Positions 1-8,902 of a stretch of 64,000 nucleotides of DNA are shown in pieces. Origin of the DNA: an uncultured bacterium (GTDB taxonomy: Bacteria; Verrucomicrobiota; Verrucomicrobiia; Limisphaerales; UBA11358); NCBI GenBank assembly GCA_963708305.1, contig CAVPSH010000003.1, forward strand, positions 561,812 to 625,811, in the 5' to 3' direction. Below the pieces are notes generated by a model. That model ran no database searches. It was not told where the DNA came from and saw nothing but the letters and a program-made list of their open reading frames with translations. The position numbers and the translations under genes were made by a program. Numbering within the stretch: the first letter of the stretch is position 1; each line of letters begins with the position of its first letter.

Positions 1-1280
1 CCACGATGCGCTTGCCGCGCTCGAGTTGCGCCTGCGTCTTGGCGTCGAGGTCCGAACCGAACTGCGCGAAGGCCGCCAGTTCGCGGAACTGCGCCAGATC
101 GCCCTTGATGCGGCCGGCCACTTGTTTCATCGCCTTGATCTGCGCCGCCGAACCGACGCGGGTCACGGACAAACCGACCGAAATCGCCGGACGCACGCCC
201 TGGTAGAACAAATCCGTTTCCAGATAAATCTGCCCGTCGGTGATGGAAATCACGTTGGTCGGAATGTAAGCCGAAACGTCGCCGGCCTGCGTTTCGATGA
301 TGGGCAGCGCGGTGAGCGAGCCGTTGCCGTAATTTTCGGAAACGCGCGCGCTGCGTTCCAGCAAACGGCTGTGCAGATAAAACACGTCGCCCGGATACGC
401 TTCGCGGCCCGACGGACGCTTGAGCACGAGCGAAACCTGGCGGTACGCGACGGCGTGCTTGGACAGATCGTCGTAAATGATCAGCGCGTCCATGCCGTTG
501 TCCATGAACCATTCGCCCATCGCCGCGCCGGCGAACGGCGCGAGGTATTGGTTGGTGGCGGAATCGGACGCCGCGGCGGCTACGACAATCGTGTAGGGCA
601 TCGCGCCCGCTTCCTCGAGCACAGCGATGACGCGCGCGACGTTCGACTGTTTCTGGCCGATGGCGACGTAAATGGAATACAGCGGACGGTAATTTTTGTC
701 GCCGGCCTGCTCCGCGGCCTGATTGAGCCGCGCCTGGTTGATGATGGTGTCCACGCCGATCGTCGTCTTGCCGGTCGAACGGTCGCCGATGATCAATTCG
801 CGCTGGCCGCGGCCAATGGGAATCATCGCGTCAATGGCCATGATGCCGGTCTGGACCGGCTGGCTGACGGATTTGCGTCTGATGATGCCGGGCGCGATTT
901 TTTCCACCGGATAAAATCCGCTTTCCTTGATGGCGCCTTTGCCGTCGAGCGGCTGGCCGAGCGCGTTGACGACGCGGCCCAGCAAACCCTTGCCGACGGG
1001 CACCTGCAACAGCTTGCCGGTGGTGCGGACTTCGTCGCCTTCCTTGATGTCGGTGTAATCGCCGAGAATGATGGCGCCGACCTCGGTCTCTTCCAGGTTC
1101 AGCGCAATGCCGGTGATGCCGTTGCCGAAATCCAGCATCTCGTTCAGCATCGCGTCGGTGAGGCCTTCAATCTTGGCCACGCCGTCGCCGATTTCGCGGA
1201 CGATCGCCGACGTTTTGTTTCACCGTTGCGAGTTTTACGCCCGCGATTTGGGCTTCAATTTCCTGCAATAGATTGCTCAT
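1..1280 (-). CDS. atpA: F1F0 ATP synthase subunit alpha (3' end outside window; one apparent indel near 1205)
   Basis: Manual translation of the minus strand from the ATG at 1280 gives [14 protein letters not shown]. After a one-base shift it reads [70 protein letters not shown]. Lies downstream of atpH. Confidence 0.95.
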
Positions 1281-1313
1281 AAATTCTTCGGGTCCTTTGC
1301 CCTCGCGGGCTGG

Positions 1314-1706
1314 TCAAAAACTTTGCTCCAGTCTGTCCAACCGTGTCCGGACACTGCCGTCATAAAGGTCGCTGCCGACCTGGATGCGCAGTCCGCCAAT
1401 CAATGCCGGGTTCCGGCCGAACGTGATGTCTGCCCCAGTGCCGTAAATTTTCCTGATTTGGTTCGTCACGTCCGCTTGCAGGTCCGTCGGCAGCGGCAGG
1501 GCGCTTTCAACGCGGGCGGCGCGTTGCTCCAAATCCAGTTTTACCAGCCGATGCAGCCGCGACAAAATCCCGACGTAGCCGCGCGGCTTCTTTGACAGCA
1601 GCAGAGCCACGCATTGCCGGACGCGGTTTTCGTCCAGCAAACCGTTCACCTGGCAACTGCGGAACAGTTGCCGGGCTTCGCGTTGCGCCAGTTTGGAGAT
1701 TTTCAT
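1314..1706 (-). CDS. atpH: ATP synthase subunit delta (short verrucomicrobial type)
   Basis: MKISKLAQREARQLF...NPALIGGLRIQVGSDLYDGSV matches the OSCP/delta C-terminal motif. Start placed at the ATG at 1706 because the longer ORF begins inside a repeat. Confidence 0.9.
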   Translation of the reverse strand: MKISKLAQREARQLFRSCQVNGLLDENRVRQCVALLLSKKPRGYVGILSRLHRLVKLDLEQRAARVESALPLPTDLQADVTNQIRKIYGTGADITFGRNPALIGGLRIQVGSDLYDGSVRTRLDRLEQSF

Positions 1707-1716
1707 TGCTGCTTCT

Positions 1717-1772
1717 GGTAGGGCGGGCAGTCCTCTGCCCGCCGCGGCGCGCACGGAGTGACGCGCCCTACC
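1717..1772. repeat. REP-like palindromic doublet, family A (GGTAGGGCG...CGCCCTACC)
   Basis: ggtagggcgggcagtcctctgcccgccg followed by cggcgcgcacggagtgacgcgccctacc, between atpF and atpH. The same arm recurs at 10252, 28386, 39706 and 55398. Confidence 0.9.
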
Positions 1773-1774
1773 GT

Positions 1775-2263
1775 TTACGCCTTCAGTTGTTTTTCCGTTT
1801 CCTCCGCCAGCCGTCGTTGGTCTTCCGGCGTTAAAATTTTGCCGGTGACCGTCGTGGTGGTCTGCACGACCAGACGCCCGACCTCCCGTTTCAATTCCTC
1901 CAGCATGCGCGCGTGGTCCTGGGCGGTGGCTTCGCGCGCCTTGGCGATGATTTGTTCGGCGGCGGCGATGGCTTTTTGCGTCTCGACTTCGCGCACGCGC
2001 GCGGCGGCGGCCCGCGCCTCCTCAATCATTTTGTCGGCGAGATCGCCGGCCTGGGACAATACCGCCTGCCGGTCCGTTTCGGTCTTGGCGAGCTGCGCCT
2101 TGATCTTTTCCGCGTTGGCGAGGCTTTCGGCGATTTTTTCGCGGCGCGCTTCGAGCATGGCGAAGATGGGCCGGTAGGCAAACCGCCACAGGAAGAACAG
2201 CACGATCGAAAAACTGATCGTCTGCGCGAGCAGTTGCTGCCACTGAATTCCTAATTTGCCCAT
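1775..2263 (-). CDS. atpF: ATP synthase F0 subunit b
   Basis: N-terminal TM segment (QTISFSIVLFFLWRFAYRPI..MLEARREKI) followed by a long coiled coil; operon position. Confidence 0.93.
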   Translation of the reverse strand: MGKLGIQWQQLLAQTISFSIVLFFLWRFAYRPIFAMLEARREKIAESLANAEKIKAQLAKTETDRQAVLSQAGDLADKMIEEARAAAARVREVETQKAIAAAEQIIAKAREATAQDHARMLEELKREVGRLVVQTTTTVTGKILTPEDQRRLAEETEKQLKA

Positions 2264-2270
2264 AACCGGA

Positions 2271-2486
2271 TTATTTGACGACGAGCCACGCGATGACCGC
2301 CCAGCCTTCCGCCAGGGCGATGCCGACGAACATGAACGTCAGGATTTTGCCGAACATTCCGGGGTTGCGGCTCATGGCGATGACACCGCCGGCCGTGGCG
2401 ATGCCGATGCCGATGGCCGCGCCGCCGAAGGCCAGGCCGATGTGAATGTTGCCGGCAATGTTGCCGGCTGCTTGTGCGAGCATCAT
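2271..2486 (-). CDS. atpE: ATP synthase F0 subunit c
   Basis: 71-aa hydrophobic hairpin with Gly-rich helix 1, RNP loop and ion-carrying Glu in IALAEG. Confidence 0.93.
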   Translation of the reverse strand: MMLAQAAGNIAGNIHIGLAFGGAAIGIGIATAGGVIAMSRNPGMFGKILTFMFVGIALAEGWAVIAWLVVK

Positions 2487-2553
2487 AATTTTCTCTTTCT
2501 TTTGGTTTGGGTTGACGCCCTGGCATTCTTCGCCGGAGCAAATTCAGGATTTT

Positions 2554-3508
2554 TCAGTGGCCGTTCTCCCCGGTGTGCGTGCACATCGTGCCGACAAAGG
2601 CCACGACCAGCATGGCAAACACGAACGCCTGCACGATACAGACGAACGTCTCGTAAAAATACATGAACGACGAAAGGGCCAGGCTTAACAGCAATGAATG
2701 GTTATGGAATATCATGTCCAGAATGCTTTCACCGGCGAAAATATTTCCGTAAAGGCGCATGGCCAGCGCCACCGGCCGGGCGAAGCCGATGGAAAGCAAT
2801 TCCATCGCCCCGATGAAAATAAACAACAGGAAAAAAAGCGGATAAGTCCATTTGTTTGTCTGCATCTTCACGCCGAAAATGTGTTTGATCAGCCCCCAAA
2901 ACCCGTCATAGCGCACCGCCCAGTAAACGCTGAGCACCAGAAAAATCCCGGCCATGGCCACGGTCAGGTTCGCGTCGGTCGTCGGCGGACGAAAGAACGG
3001 TGTGAACTGTCCGTGTTGGTAAGACCCGATGCTGCCGACACCCGGAACCAGATCCACCAGGTTCGAAACCACAATGAAAATGAAAAACGTTGTGGCAAAG
3101 GGAAAAACCCAGCCCGCGACCCGTTTGTCAAGGATGTCCCCAATCAATCTTTCCCAGCTTTCGACGAGCGTCTCCATTACGTTTTGCCCCCCGGACGGAA
3201 TCTCCTTGATGTTGTTCCACGTCGTCACCCGAACGATGACGATGATGAGTGCCGCGACGATCCACGTGCAAATCATCGAATTGGTCACCGGCAACCCCCA
3301 AACCGTGAACAGCACCGGCGGCGCGGACGGCACCAGTTCCGAACCGGATCCCGCTTCCGCTACGGGTGTCCCGTTGGCCGCCGAAGCGCCGGCGACCGGC
3401 GCGGACGGCCCGGTCACTGGCGGAGACGCCGGCTGCGCATTCAGGTTTGCCGCAAAAACCACGGCGAAGAACGCACAGGCCAATATCGATTGTGCCGAAT
3501 CGCTTCAC
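2554..3508 (-). CDS. atpB: ATP synthase F0 subunit a with signal-peptide-like N-terminal extension (start 3508 assumes an indel near 3488; otherwise 3483)
   Basis: Motifs PVTNSM, RPPTTDAN.T, RPVALAMRLYGNIFAGE and ETFVCIVQAFVFAML. Confidence 0.93.
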
Positions 3509-3642
3509 TTTACTAAGTCCCTTCAGTCCACACGGATTGCCCTTTGGGCAATCGGATTGCGGGCCTGAAAGACTGAAAAGATTGCCTTGTCGTGAAATAA
3601 TTCACAAGCAATTTTTGACAAAATTCAGGCCGGGCGCGGGGA

Positions 3643-4491
3643 TTAAAAGCACTCCGAACGCAATGTTTTTGGCGTTTTCCCGCCGGCGCGGAGTGCCCGC
3701 AGGCTTAAGGCGTCGTGCCGCTTGGCCAGTCGCTGGCCGTTTTCGTCCTGCATCAGCGGGCAGTGAAAAAACCCCGGCGGTTTCAATCCCAGCGCGCGGT
3801 AAATTAAAATCTGCCTCGCCGTGCTCACCAGCAGGTCCGCGCCGCGCACCACCTCGGTGATTTCCATGGTCGCGTCGTCCACGACACAGGCCAGTTGATA
3901 CGCCGGAACGTCATCATGCCGCCAGACGACAAAGTCGCCAAAATCCTTCCCGGCCACGAACTGCTGTGGTCCCAAATTCCCGTCGGTGAACGAAATGGCT
4001 TCGCTGTCGGGAACGCGGAAACGCCAATTGAAACGAGTTGCAGGTTGAGGGTTCGGGATTGAAAGGTTTTTGATGCGGCAGGTGCCGGGATAAATGGGTT
4101 CTTCATTCTCGGCGTTCGGTGCGCTGGCAGCGTCGCGGATGTCCTTGCGCGAACAAGTGCAGGGATAAATGAACCCGTCGGCGCGTAATTTTTCCAATGC
4201 GGCGCGGTAAAGCTGAAATCGTTCACTTTGATGGTATGGCCCGAATGGGCCGCCGCAATCCGGTCCTTCCTGCCAGTCAAAACCGAACCAGCGTAAATCC
4301 TCGATCATCGCACCGACGAATGCCAGTTTGAAACGCGTGGCATCAATGTCTTCGTTCCGCAAAACCAGCGTACCGCCGTTCGCCCGCGCGCGTTCCTGAG
4401 CCATCCAAAACGTCCGCGCGTGTCCCAGATGCAGATAACCCGTCGGCGAGGGAGCGAGCCGACCGCGATACGTTTTTTCAAAACGGTTCAT
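3643..4491 (-). CDS. gluQ: Glutamyl-Q tRNA(Asp) synthetase
   Basis: YRGRLAPSPTGYLHLGH, CTCSR, YPGTC, YQLACVVDD, VVRGADL, RLAKR; no anticodon-binding domain. Confidence 0.92.
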   Translation of the reverse strand: MNRFEKTYRGRLAPSPTGYLHLGHARTFWMAQERARANGGTLVLRNEDIDATRFKLAFVGAMIEDLRWFGFDWQEGPDCGGPFGPYHQSERFQLYRAALEKLRADGFIYPCTCSRKDIRDAASAPNAENEEPIYPGTCRIKNLSIPNPQPATRFNWRFRVPDSEAISFTDGNLGPQQFVAGKDFGDFVVWRHDDVPAYQLACVVDDATMEITEVVRGADLLVSTARQILIYRALGLKPPGFFHCPLMQDENGQRLAKRHDALSLRALRAGGKTPKTLRSECF

Positions 4492-5368
4492 GGGGATTGG
4501 CCGCCAGCCATTCGCTTAGACCGGGCAGGCGCGCGGATAAAATTTCCTGGATCCTGGAAATGTTGAGCGATGTGTCCGGCGCGCGCGGCGGACCGGGAAA
4601 ATCCCTGGCCGAGCCGGGTTCAATGTTGGCCCGAAGTTCCGGCCGGCGCCGGGCCAGTAACTGTCCGATTTGCCAGCGTGACAATCGTTCCGCGCCGGCC
4701 GCGTGAAACACGCCGGTCCGATTCTGAGCCGCCAACTCCCATGCCACCCGCGCCGTTTCGCCGGCAAAAATCGGGCAGCGGAATTCGTCCGTGAACAATT
4801 TCATTTTCTGCCCTGATTTCCAGGCCAACCACAATTGTTCGTTAAAGCCGCGATTGCCGGCGCGCGAAATGCCGCCGTTGATGGAGGTGCGCACGACCAG
4901 ATGGCGCGGATTCTTCAAGACGATTTGTTCGGCCGCAGCCTTGGTTTCACCGTAAACATGGATCGGATTCACCGGGTCGGCCTCGGCATAATTCCCCTTG
5001 CGGCCGTCGAAGACCAGGTCCGTTGAAAAGAAAACGAACTGAATGTCCGCCGCCAATTCCGCGAGCCACCGGGTGATTTCGACGTTCACCTGCCGGGCCA
5101 GCGCGGGATTGGCCTGCGTTTCCGCAATGCCGGCCATGGCCGCGCAGTGAATGACCCGTTGCGGTTGGTCCTTCTGGAATTCGCGGCGGACGGCGGCAAA
5201 ATCGAGCAGATCAAGCTGTGCGCGCGTTAGTGCCCGCACCCGCCGGTGGGGAGCGAGTCGCGGCGCCGTTTTGACGAGATAACTTCCGATGAGTCCGCCG
5301 GCGCCGGTGATCCAAACCAGGGATTTTGAGTCCGGCTCAATCAACGAACCGTTTGGTGAGGTCGCCAT
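4478..5368 (-). CDS. SDR oxidoreductase, dTDP-4-dehydrorhamnose reductase (RfbD/RmlD)-like
   Basis: ITGAGGLIG, HCAA, STDLVFDG, YGETK, FTDEFRCP. Confidence 0.82.
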   Translation of the reverse strand: MATSPNGSLIEPDSKSLVWITGAGGLIGSYLVKTAPRLAPHRRVRALTRAQLDLLDFAAVRREFQKDQPQRVIHCAAMAGIAETQANPALARQVNVEITRWLAELAADIQFVFFSTDLVFDGRKGNYAEADPVNPIHVYGETKAAAEQIVLKNPRHLVVRTSINGGISRAGNRGFNEQLWLAWKSGQKMKLFTDEFRCPIFAGETARVAWELAAQNRTGVFHAAGAERLSRWQIGQLLARRRPELRANIEPGSARDFPGPPRAPDTSLNISRIQEILSARLPGLSEWLAANPHEPF

Positions 5369-6227
5369 AAGCGTCAATCCGGCGGTCGCGCAGGAAGGGC
5401 CAGTGGGTGCGGGTCACATCCACCTGGGCCAAGTCCACCGGTACAATCAAAATCTCCTCCCGGTGCGCGCCGGCCCGGGCCAGGATTTCGCCGGACGTGC
5501 CCGCCACGAAACTTTGTCCCCAAAATTCGATGCCCCGGCCCGCGAGCTTCTCGTGGCCGATACGGTTGGACACGGCGACATAACAACCATTGGCAACGGC
5601 GTGGCTGCGCTGGATGGTTTCCCAGGCGTCGTGCTGGCGTTCACCGTATTTTTTCTTCTCGCCCGGATGCCAGCCGATGGCGGTGGGATAGAACAGGATT
5701 TGGGCCCCCTGCAAGGCCGTCAACCGCGCGGCTTCGGGATACCATTGGTCCCAGCAGATGAGCACGCCGATTTTCGCGTATCGGGTCTGCCACGCCTTGA
5801 AGCCAAGATCACCGGGCGTGAAATAAAACTTTTCATAGTATAACGGGTCGTCCGGGATGTGCATCTTGCGGTAGAGGCCCAGCACGGAACCATCAGCGTC
5901 GATGATGGCGGCGGTATTGTGATAGACGCCGGCGGCGCGTTTCTCAAACACCGACGCGATGAGCACCACCTTGTGCTTTTTCGCGAGTTTGCCCAAGGCG
6001 TCGGTGCTCGGGCCGGGGATGGCTTCGGCCAGCTTGAAATTTTTGTGGTCTTCGTTCTGGCAGAAATACTGCGAGCGAAACAATTCCTGCGTGCAGATGA
6101 TTTGCGCGCCGCGCCGCGCTGCCTGTTCAGCCAGGGCCAGGGTTTGCCGGAGATTCGTATCGGGATTCGCCAAACCGGCGGTCTGCAGCAGCCCGATTTT
6201 TACGGCACTGGCGGAGGGCCGTTTCAT
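5337..6227 (-). CDS. aguB: Carbon-nitrogen hydrolase, N-carbamoylputrescine amidase-like
   Basis: QELF..YFCQ, YRKMHIPDDP.YYEKFYFTPGD, ICWDQWYPE, YPTAIGW (E-K-C triad). Confidence 0.8.
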   Translation of the reverse strand: MKRPSASAVKIGLLQTAGLANPDTNLRQTLALAEQAARRGAQIICTQELFRSQYFCQNEDHKNFKLAEAIPGPSTDALGKLAKKHKVVLIASVFEKRAAGVYHNTAAIIDADGSVLGLYRKMHIPDDPLYYEKFYFTPGDLGFKAWQTRYAKIGVLICWDQWYPEAARLTALQGAQILFYPTAIGWHPGEKKKYGERQHDAWETIQRSHAVANGCYVAVSNRIGHEKLAGRGIEFWGQSFVAGTSGEILARAGAHREEILIVPVDLAQVDVTRTHWPFLRDRRIDAYGDLTKRFVD

Positions 6228-7241
6228 TCATTTGGCGCGTTGCTTGAGCCGGGCGGATTCTTCGAGCATGGCGGTCTTGCTGTGCTTGTCCCCGGCGACG
6301 CTGCGTGAATCGGTTTGGTCGAAAAGTTCGCGGATGAATTTCCCGAGCGTCTCGTTGGTGGGGCCATATCCGCCGTGGTAGATGTGATACTCGAGGTCGT
6401 ACATCAATTCGTCGGCGGTCGCGTAGCGGCGTTTCAAATCACGCGTGAGACAATGTTGCAGAATGTCGTTAAGCTCATCGTCAATGCGGGAATCCAGCGT
6501 GCGGAAATCGGGGATCGGCTGGTTGATGATGCGCTGGCGGGATTCCTCGGCGGTTGTCCCCTTGAAAATGTTGCGCCCCAGCAACAAATGCGAGAGCACG
6601 ACGCCGGCGGAAAACAGGTCGGACCGTTTGTCCGTGACCTGAAAATTGGCCTGTTCCGGGCTCATGTAATCCGCCTTGCCCGCCACCACTTCGCCTTCCT
6701 GGTCGGTCAGAAAACCGCGCGCCTTGGCGATGCCAAAATCGGTCAGCTTCACGTCGCCTTCATACGCAATCATGATGTTTTTGAAACTCACGTCGCGGTG
6801 GACGATGCCCAGCGGCTTGCCGTCCTTGTCGGTTTTGGCGTGCGCGTAGGCCAGCCCGCGCGCCACCCGGCTGGTGATGAACACGGCAAGTTCCATGGGC
6901 AGGGTGCGTTTTTTTTCGACCAGTTGGCGGGTGAATTGTTCCAGATTCACGCCGCGGATCAATTCCATGCAGATGAAGCAGGCGCCGTTGGCCTCGCCGA
7001 GATGGTAGGTCTGGACGATGTTCGTGTGAATCAAGTCGGCGACCAGCTTGGCCTCGCCGATGAAATTCTCGATGAACATCTTCTGGCTGGCGAAATTGGG
7101 CCGGATAATCTTGATGGCGACGCGCTTGGCAAAGGTGTGTGCGCCATGCTGCTCGGCTTCATAGACCACGCCCATGCCGCCTTCAAAGATTTTGCGGACC
7201 ACGTCGTAGCTGAAATCGCTTTGGATCGTGAACAGCGCCAC
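6228..7241 (-). CDS. Hanks-type Ser/Thr protein kinase, soluble, kinase domain only
   Basis: GGMGVVY, VAIK, HRDVSFKN, DFGIAK, YMSPEQ, SDLFSAG. Confidence 0.9.
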   Translation of the reverse strand: MALFTIQSDFSYDVVRKIFEGGMGVVYEAEQHGAHTFAKRVAIKIIRPNFASQKMFIENFIGEAKLVADLIHTNIVQTYHLGEANGACFICMELIRGVNLEQFTRQLVEKKRTLPMELAVFITSRVARGLAYAHAKTDKDGKPLGIVHRDVSFKNIMIAYEGDVKLTDFGIAKARGFLTDQEGEVVAGKADYMSPEQANFQVTDKRSDLFSAGVVLSHLLLGRNIFKGTTAEESRQRIINQPIPDFRTLDSRIDDELNDILQHCLTRDLKRRYATADELMYDLEYHIYHGGYGPTNETLGKFIRELFDQTDSRSVAGDKHSKTAMLEESARLKQRAK

Positions 7242-7418
7242 GCATCGGATGTTGGGAAAACCTTCGGCGAAGTCAAGCCCGGCACGCGATAAAAAACCGT
7301 GATTTTTTTATGTTTTTTGCTTGCGTGCCGCGATTGAAGGCCTTTAATTCGACGCGAGTCAAATGACTTTTTAACGAAACCAGATAAAATAAAACAACAA
7401 CCGAAGGACACCGACGAT

Positions 7419-7706
7419 ATGTCAAAAGCCCTCTCCAAATCCCAACTCGCCGCCGCAGTTGCCGAAAAGGCTGCTATTTCCAAGAAGCAAGCGGTGGAAA
7501 TCCTCGATTACATTGCCGAACTCGCCTACAAGCACGCGAAGAATACGTTCACGCTGCCGGGCATCGGCAAACTGGTGCTGCGCGATCGCGCCGCCCGTCT
7601 GGGCCGCAACCCCAAGACCGGGGAAACCATCCAGATTCCCGCCAAACGCGTCGTGAAGTTCCGCGTCGCCAAGGCCGCGAAAGACGCCATCCTCGGCGCC
7701 AAGTAG
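7419..7706 (+). CDS. hup: HU family DNA-binding protein
   Basis: LPGIGK...R.ARLGRNPKTGETIQIPAKRVVKFR; AAGGA SD-like sequence upstream. Confidence 0.95.
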   Translation: MSKALSKSQLAAAVAEKAAISKKQAVEILDYIAELAYKHAKNTFTLPGIGKLVLRDRAARLGRNPKTGETIQIPAKRVVKFRVAKAAKDAILGAK

Positions 7707-7722
7707 TTTTCGGATTTACCTC

Positions 7723-7757
7723 GGCGCTCTGAACTGGTCGGAGCGCCTTTTTTATTT
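7723..7757 (+). terminator. Rho-independent terminator after hup
   Basis: GGCGCTC/GAGCGCC stem followed by TTTTTTATTT. Confidence 0.75.
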
Positions 7758-7868
7758 ATGATTGACGATTGACGATTGACGATTGGCCGGCTCGGCACGA
7801 GCCGCTCAACAAATGGTTCGTTGCCGCACAGTGCGTAAATCGTAAATCCAAAATCATAAATCATAAAT
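7754..7868. repeat. Heptamer-tract inverted repeat: (ATTGACG)n ... (AAATCRT)n ending at the panE start codon
   Basis: tttatgattgacgattgacgattgacgatt, spacer, then aaatcgtaaatccaaaatcataaatcataaATG. Confidence 0.8.
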
Positions 7869-8838
7869 GAAGATTGCCGTGGTTGGCTGTGGCGCGCTGG
7901 GCAGTTTCTACGGCGCCAGGCTCTGCCGGATTGGACAGGATGTGCATTTCCTGCTTCGCTCCGATTATGACGTTGTGCGGCAGAAGGGCGTGACCATCCG
8001 CAGCATTGACGGTGATTTCCACGTTCAACCCGGGTGCGCCCGGACGCCGGACAAAATTGGCGTGTGCGACGTGGTCCTGATTGGACTAAAGACCACCGCG
8101 AACGACCAGTTCCCGAAACTGCTCCCGCCGCTCGTTGGTCCGCACACGGCCATCGTCACGCTCCAAAACGGCCTGGGCAACGAGGAAGAACTGGCCCGCC
8201 TGTTTCCAGCGGCACAAATCCTGGGCGGCCTTTGCTTCGTCTGTCTCAATCGTGTCGAACCAGGTGTCATCCACCACACGGCGCATGGAAGGGTCGTGCT
8301 CGGCGAATTTCAGCGGCCTGCGCAACCGCGTACCCATGAACTGGCCGCGCTCTTTCGTCAGGCCGGCATTGCGTGCGACCTTACCGACAACCTGGCCGGC
8401 ACGCACTGGGAGAAACTCGTCTGGAACATTCCCTTTAACGGCCTTGGCGTCGCCGGCACCGCCGGCTATGAAGCGTTCACGAATCCATCTCGTCACCCGC
8501 CACCCGTCACTTGTCACTCCGCTGTCCTCACCACCGACATTCTGCTGGGCGATCCACGCTGGGAAAAACTCGTCCGCGAATTGATGCTCGAAGTCATCGC
8601 CGCTGCCAACGCACTGGATTTCGACGTTCCCCAATCCCGGGTGGACGAACAGGTCAACCGGACACGCATCATGGGCGCTTACAGGGCATCCACGCTCATT
8701 GACTTTGAACGAGGCCAGCCGTTGGAGCTGGAGAACATGTTTCTGGAACCGCTGCGCCAGGCGCAAACCGCCGGCGTGCCGGTGCCGCGCCTGGTCCGGC
8801 TCTGCGAAGTCTTGCATCAATTGGATCCGTCGCGCTGA
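7867..8838 (+). CDS. panE: 2-dehydropantoate 2-reductase (ketopantoate reductase family)
   Basis: KIAVVGCGALG, LQNGLGNE, WEKLVWNIPFNG, STLIDFERGQPLE. Confidence 0.88.
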   Translation: MKIAVVGCGALGSFYGARLCRIGQDVHFLLRSDYDVVRQKGVTIRSIDGDFHVQPGCARTPDKIGVCDVVLIGLKTTANDQFPKLLPPLVGPHTAIVTLQNGLGNEEELARLFPAAQILGGLCFVCLNRVEPGVIHHTAHGRVVLGEFQRPAQPRTHELAALFRQAGIACDLTDNLAGTHWEKLVWNIPFNGLGVAGTAGYEAFTNPSRHPPPVTCHSAVLTTDILLGDPRWEKLVRELMLEVIAAANALDFDVPQSRVDEQVNRTRIMGAYRASTLIDFERGQPLELENMFLEPLRQAQTAGVPVPRLVRLCEVLHQLDPSR

Positions 8839-8861
8839 TGATGAGAAGGCCGTGGCATTTT

Positions 8862-8891
8862 ATCCGTGTTCATCCGTGTTCATCCGTGGTT
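8862..8891. repeat. Decamer tandem repeat (ATCCGTGTTC)x2 + ATCCGTGGTT
   Basis: Read directly. Degenerate relatives at 44233-44265, 46219-46241, ~51816-51836 (inverted) and 51981-52000. Confidence 0.75.
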
Positions 8892-8902
8892 AAATCAAGT
8901 CT

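Noticed and set aside
26-1282. 418-aa plus-strand ORF, and similar long ORFs at 32550-35423, 35472-36686, 46692-47906 and 50363-51715
   Set aside because: Antisense shadows of atpA, gyrA/gyrB, GH51 and thrC, caused by GC-rich codon bias.
7754-8891. Short tandem repeats as a CRISPR array
   Set aside because: Units are 7-10 bp with no unique spacers, and there are no cas genes in the window.
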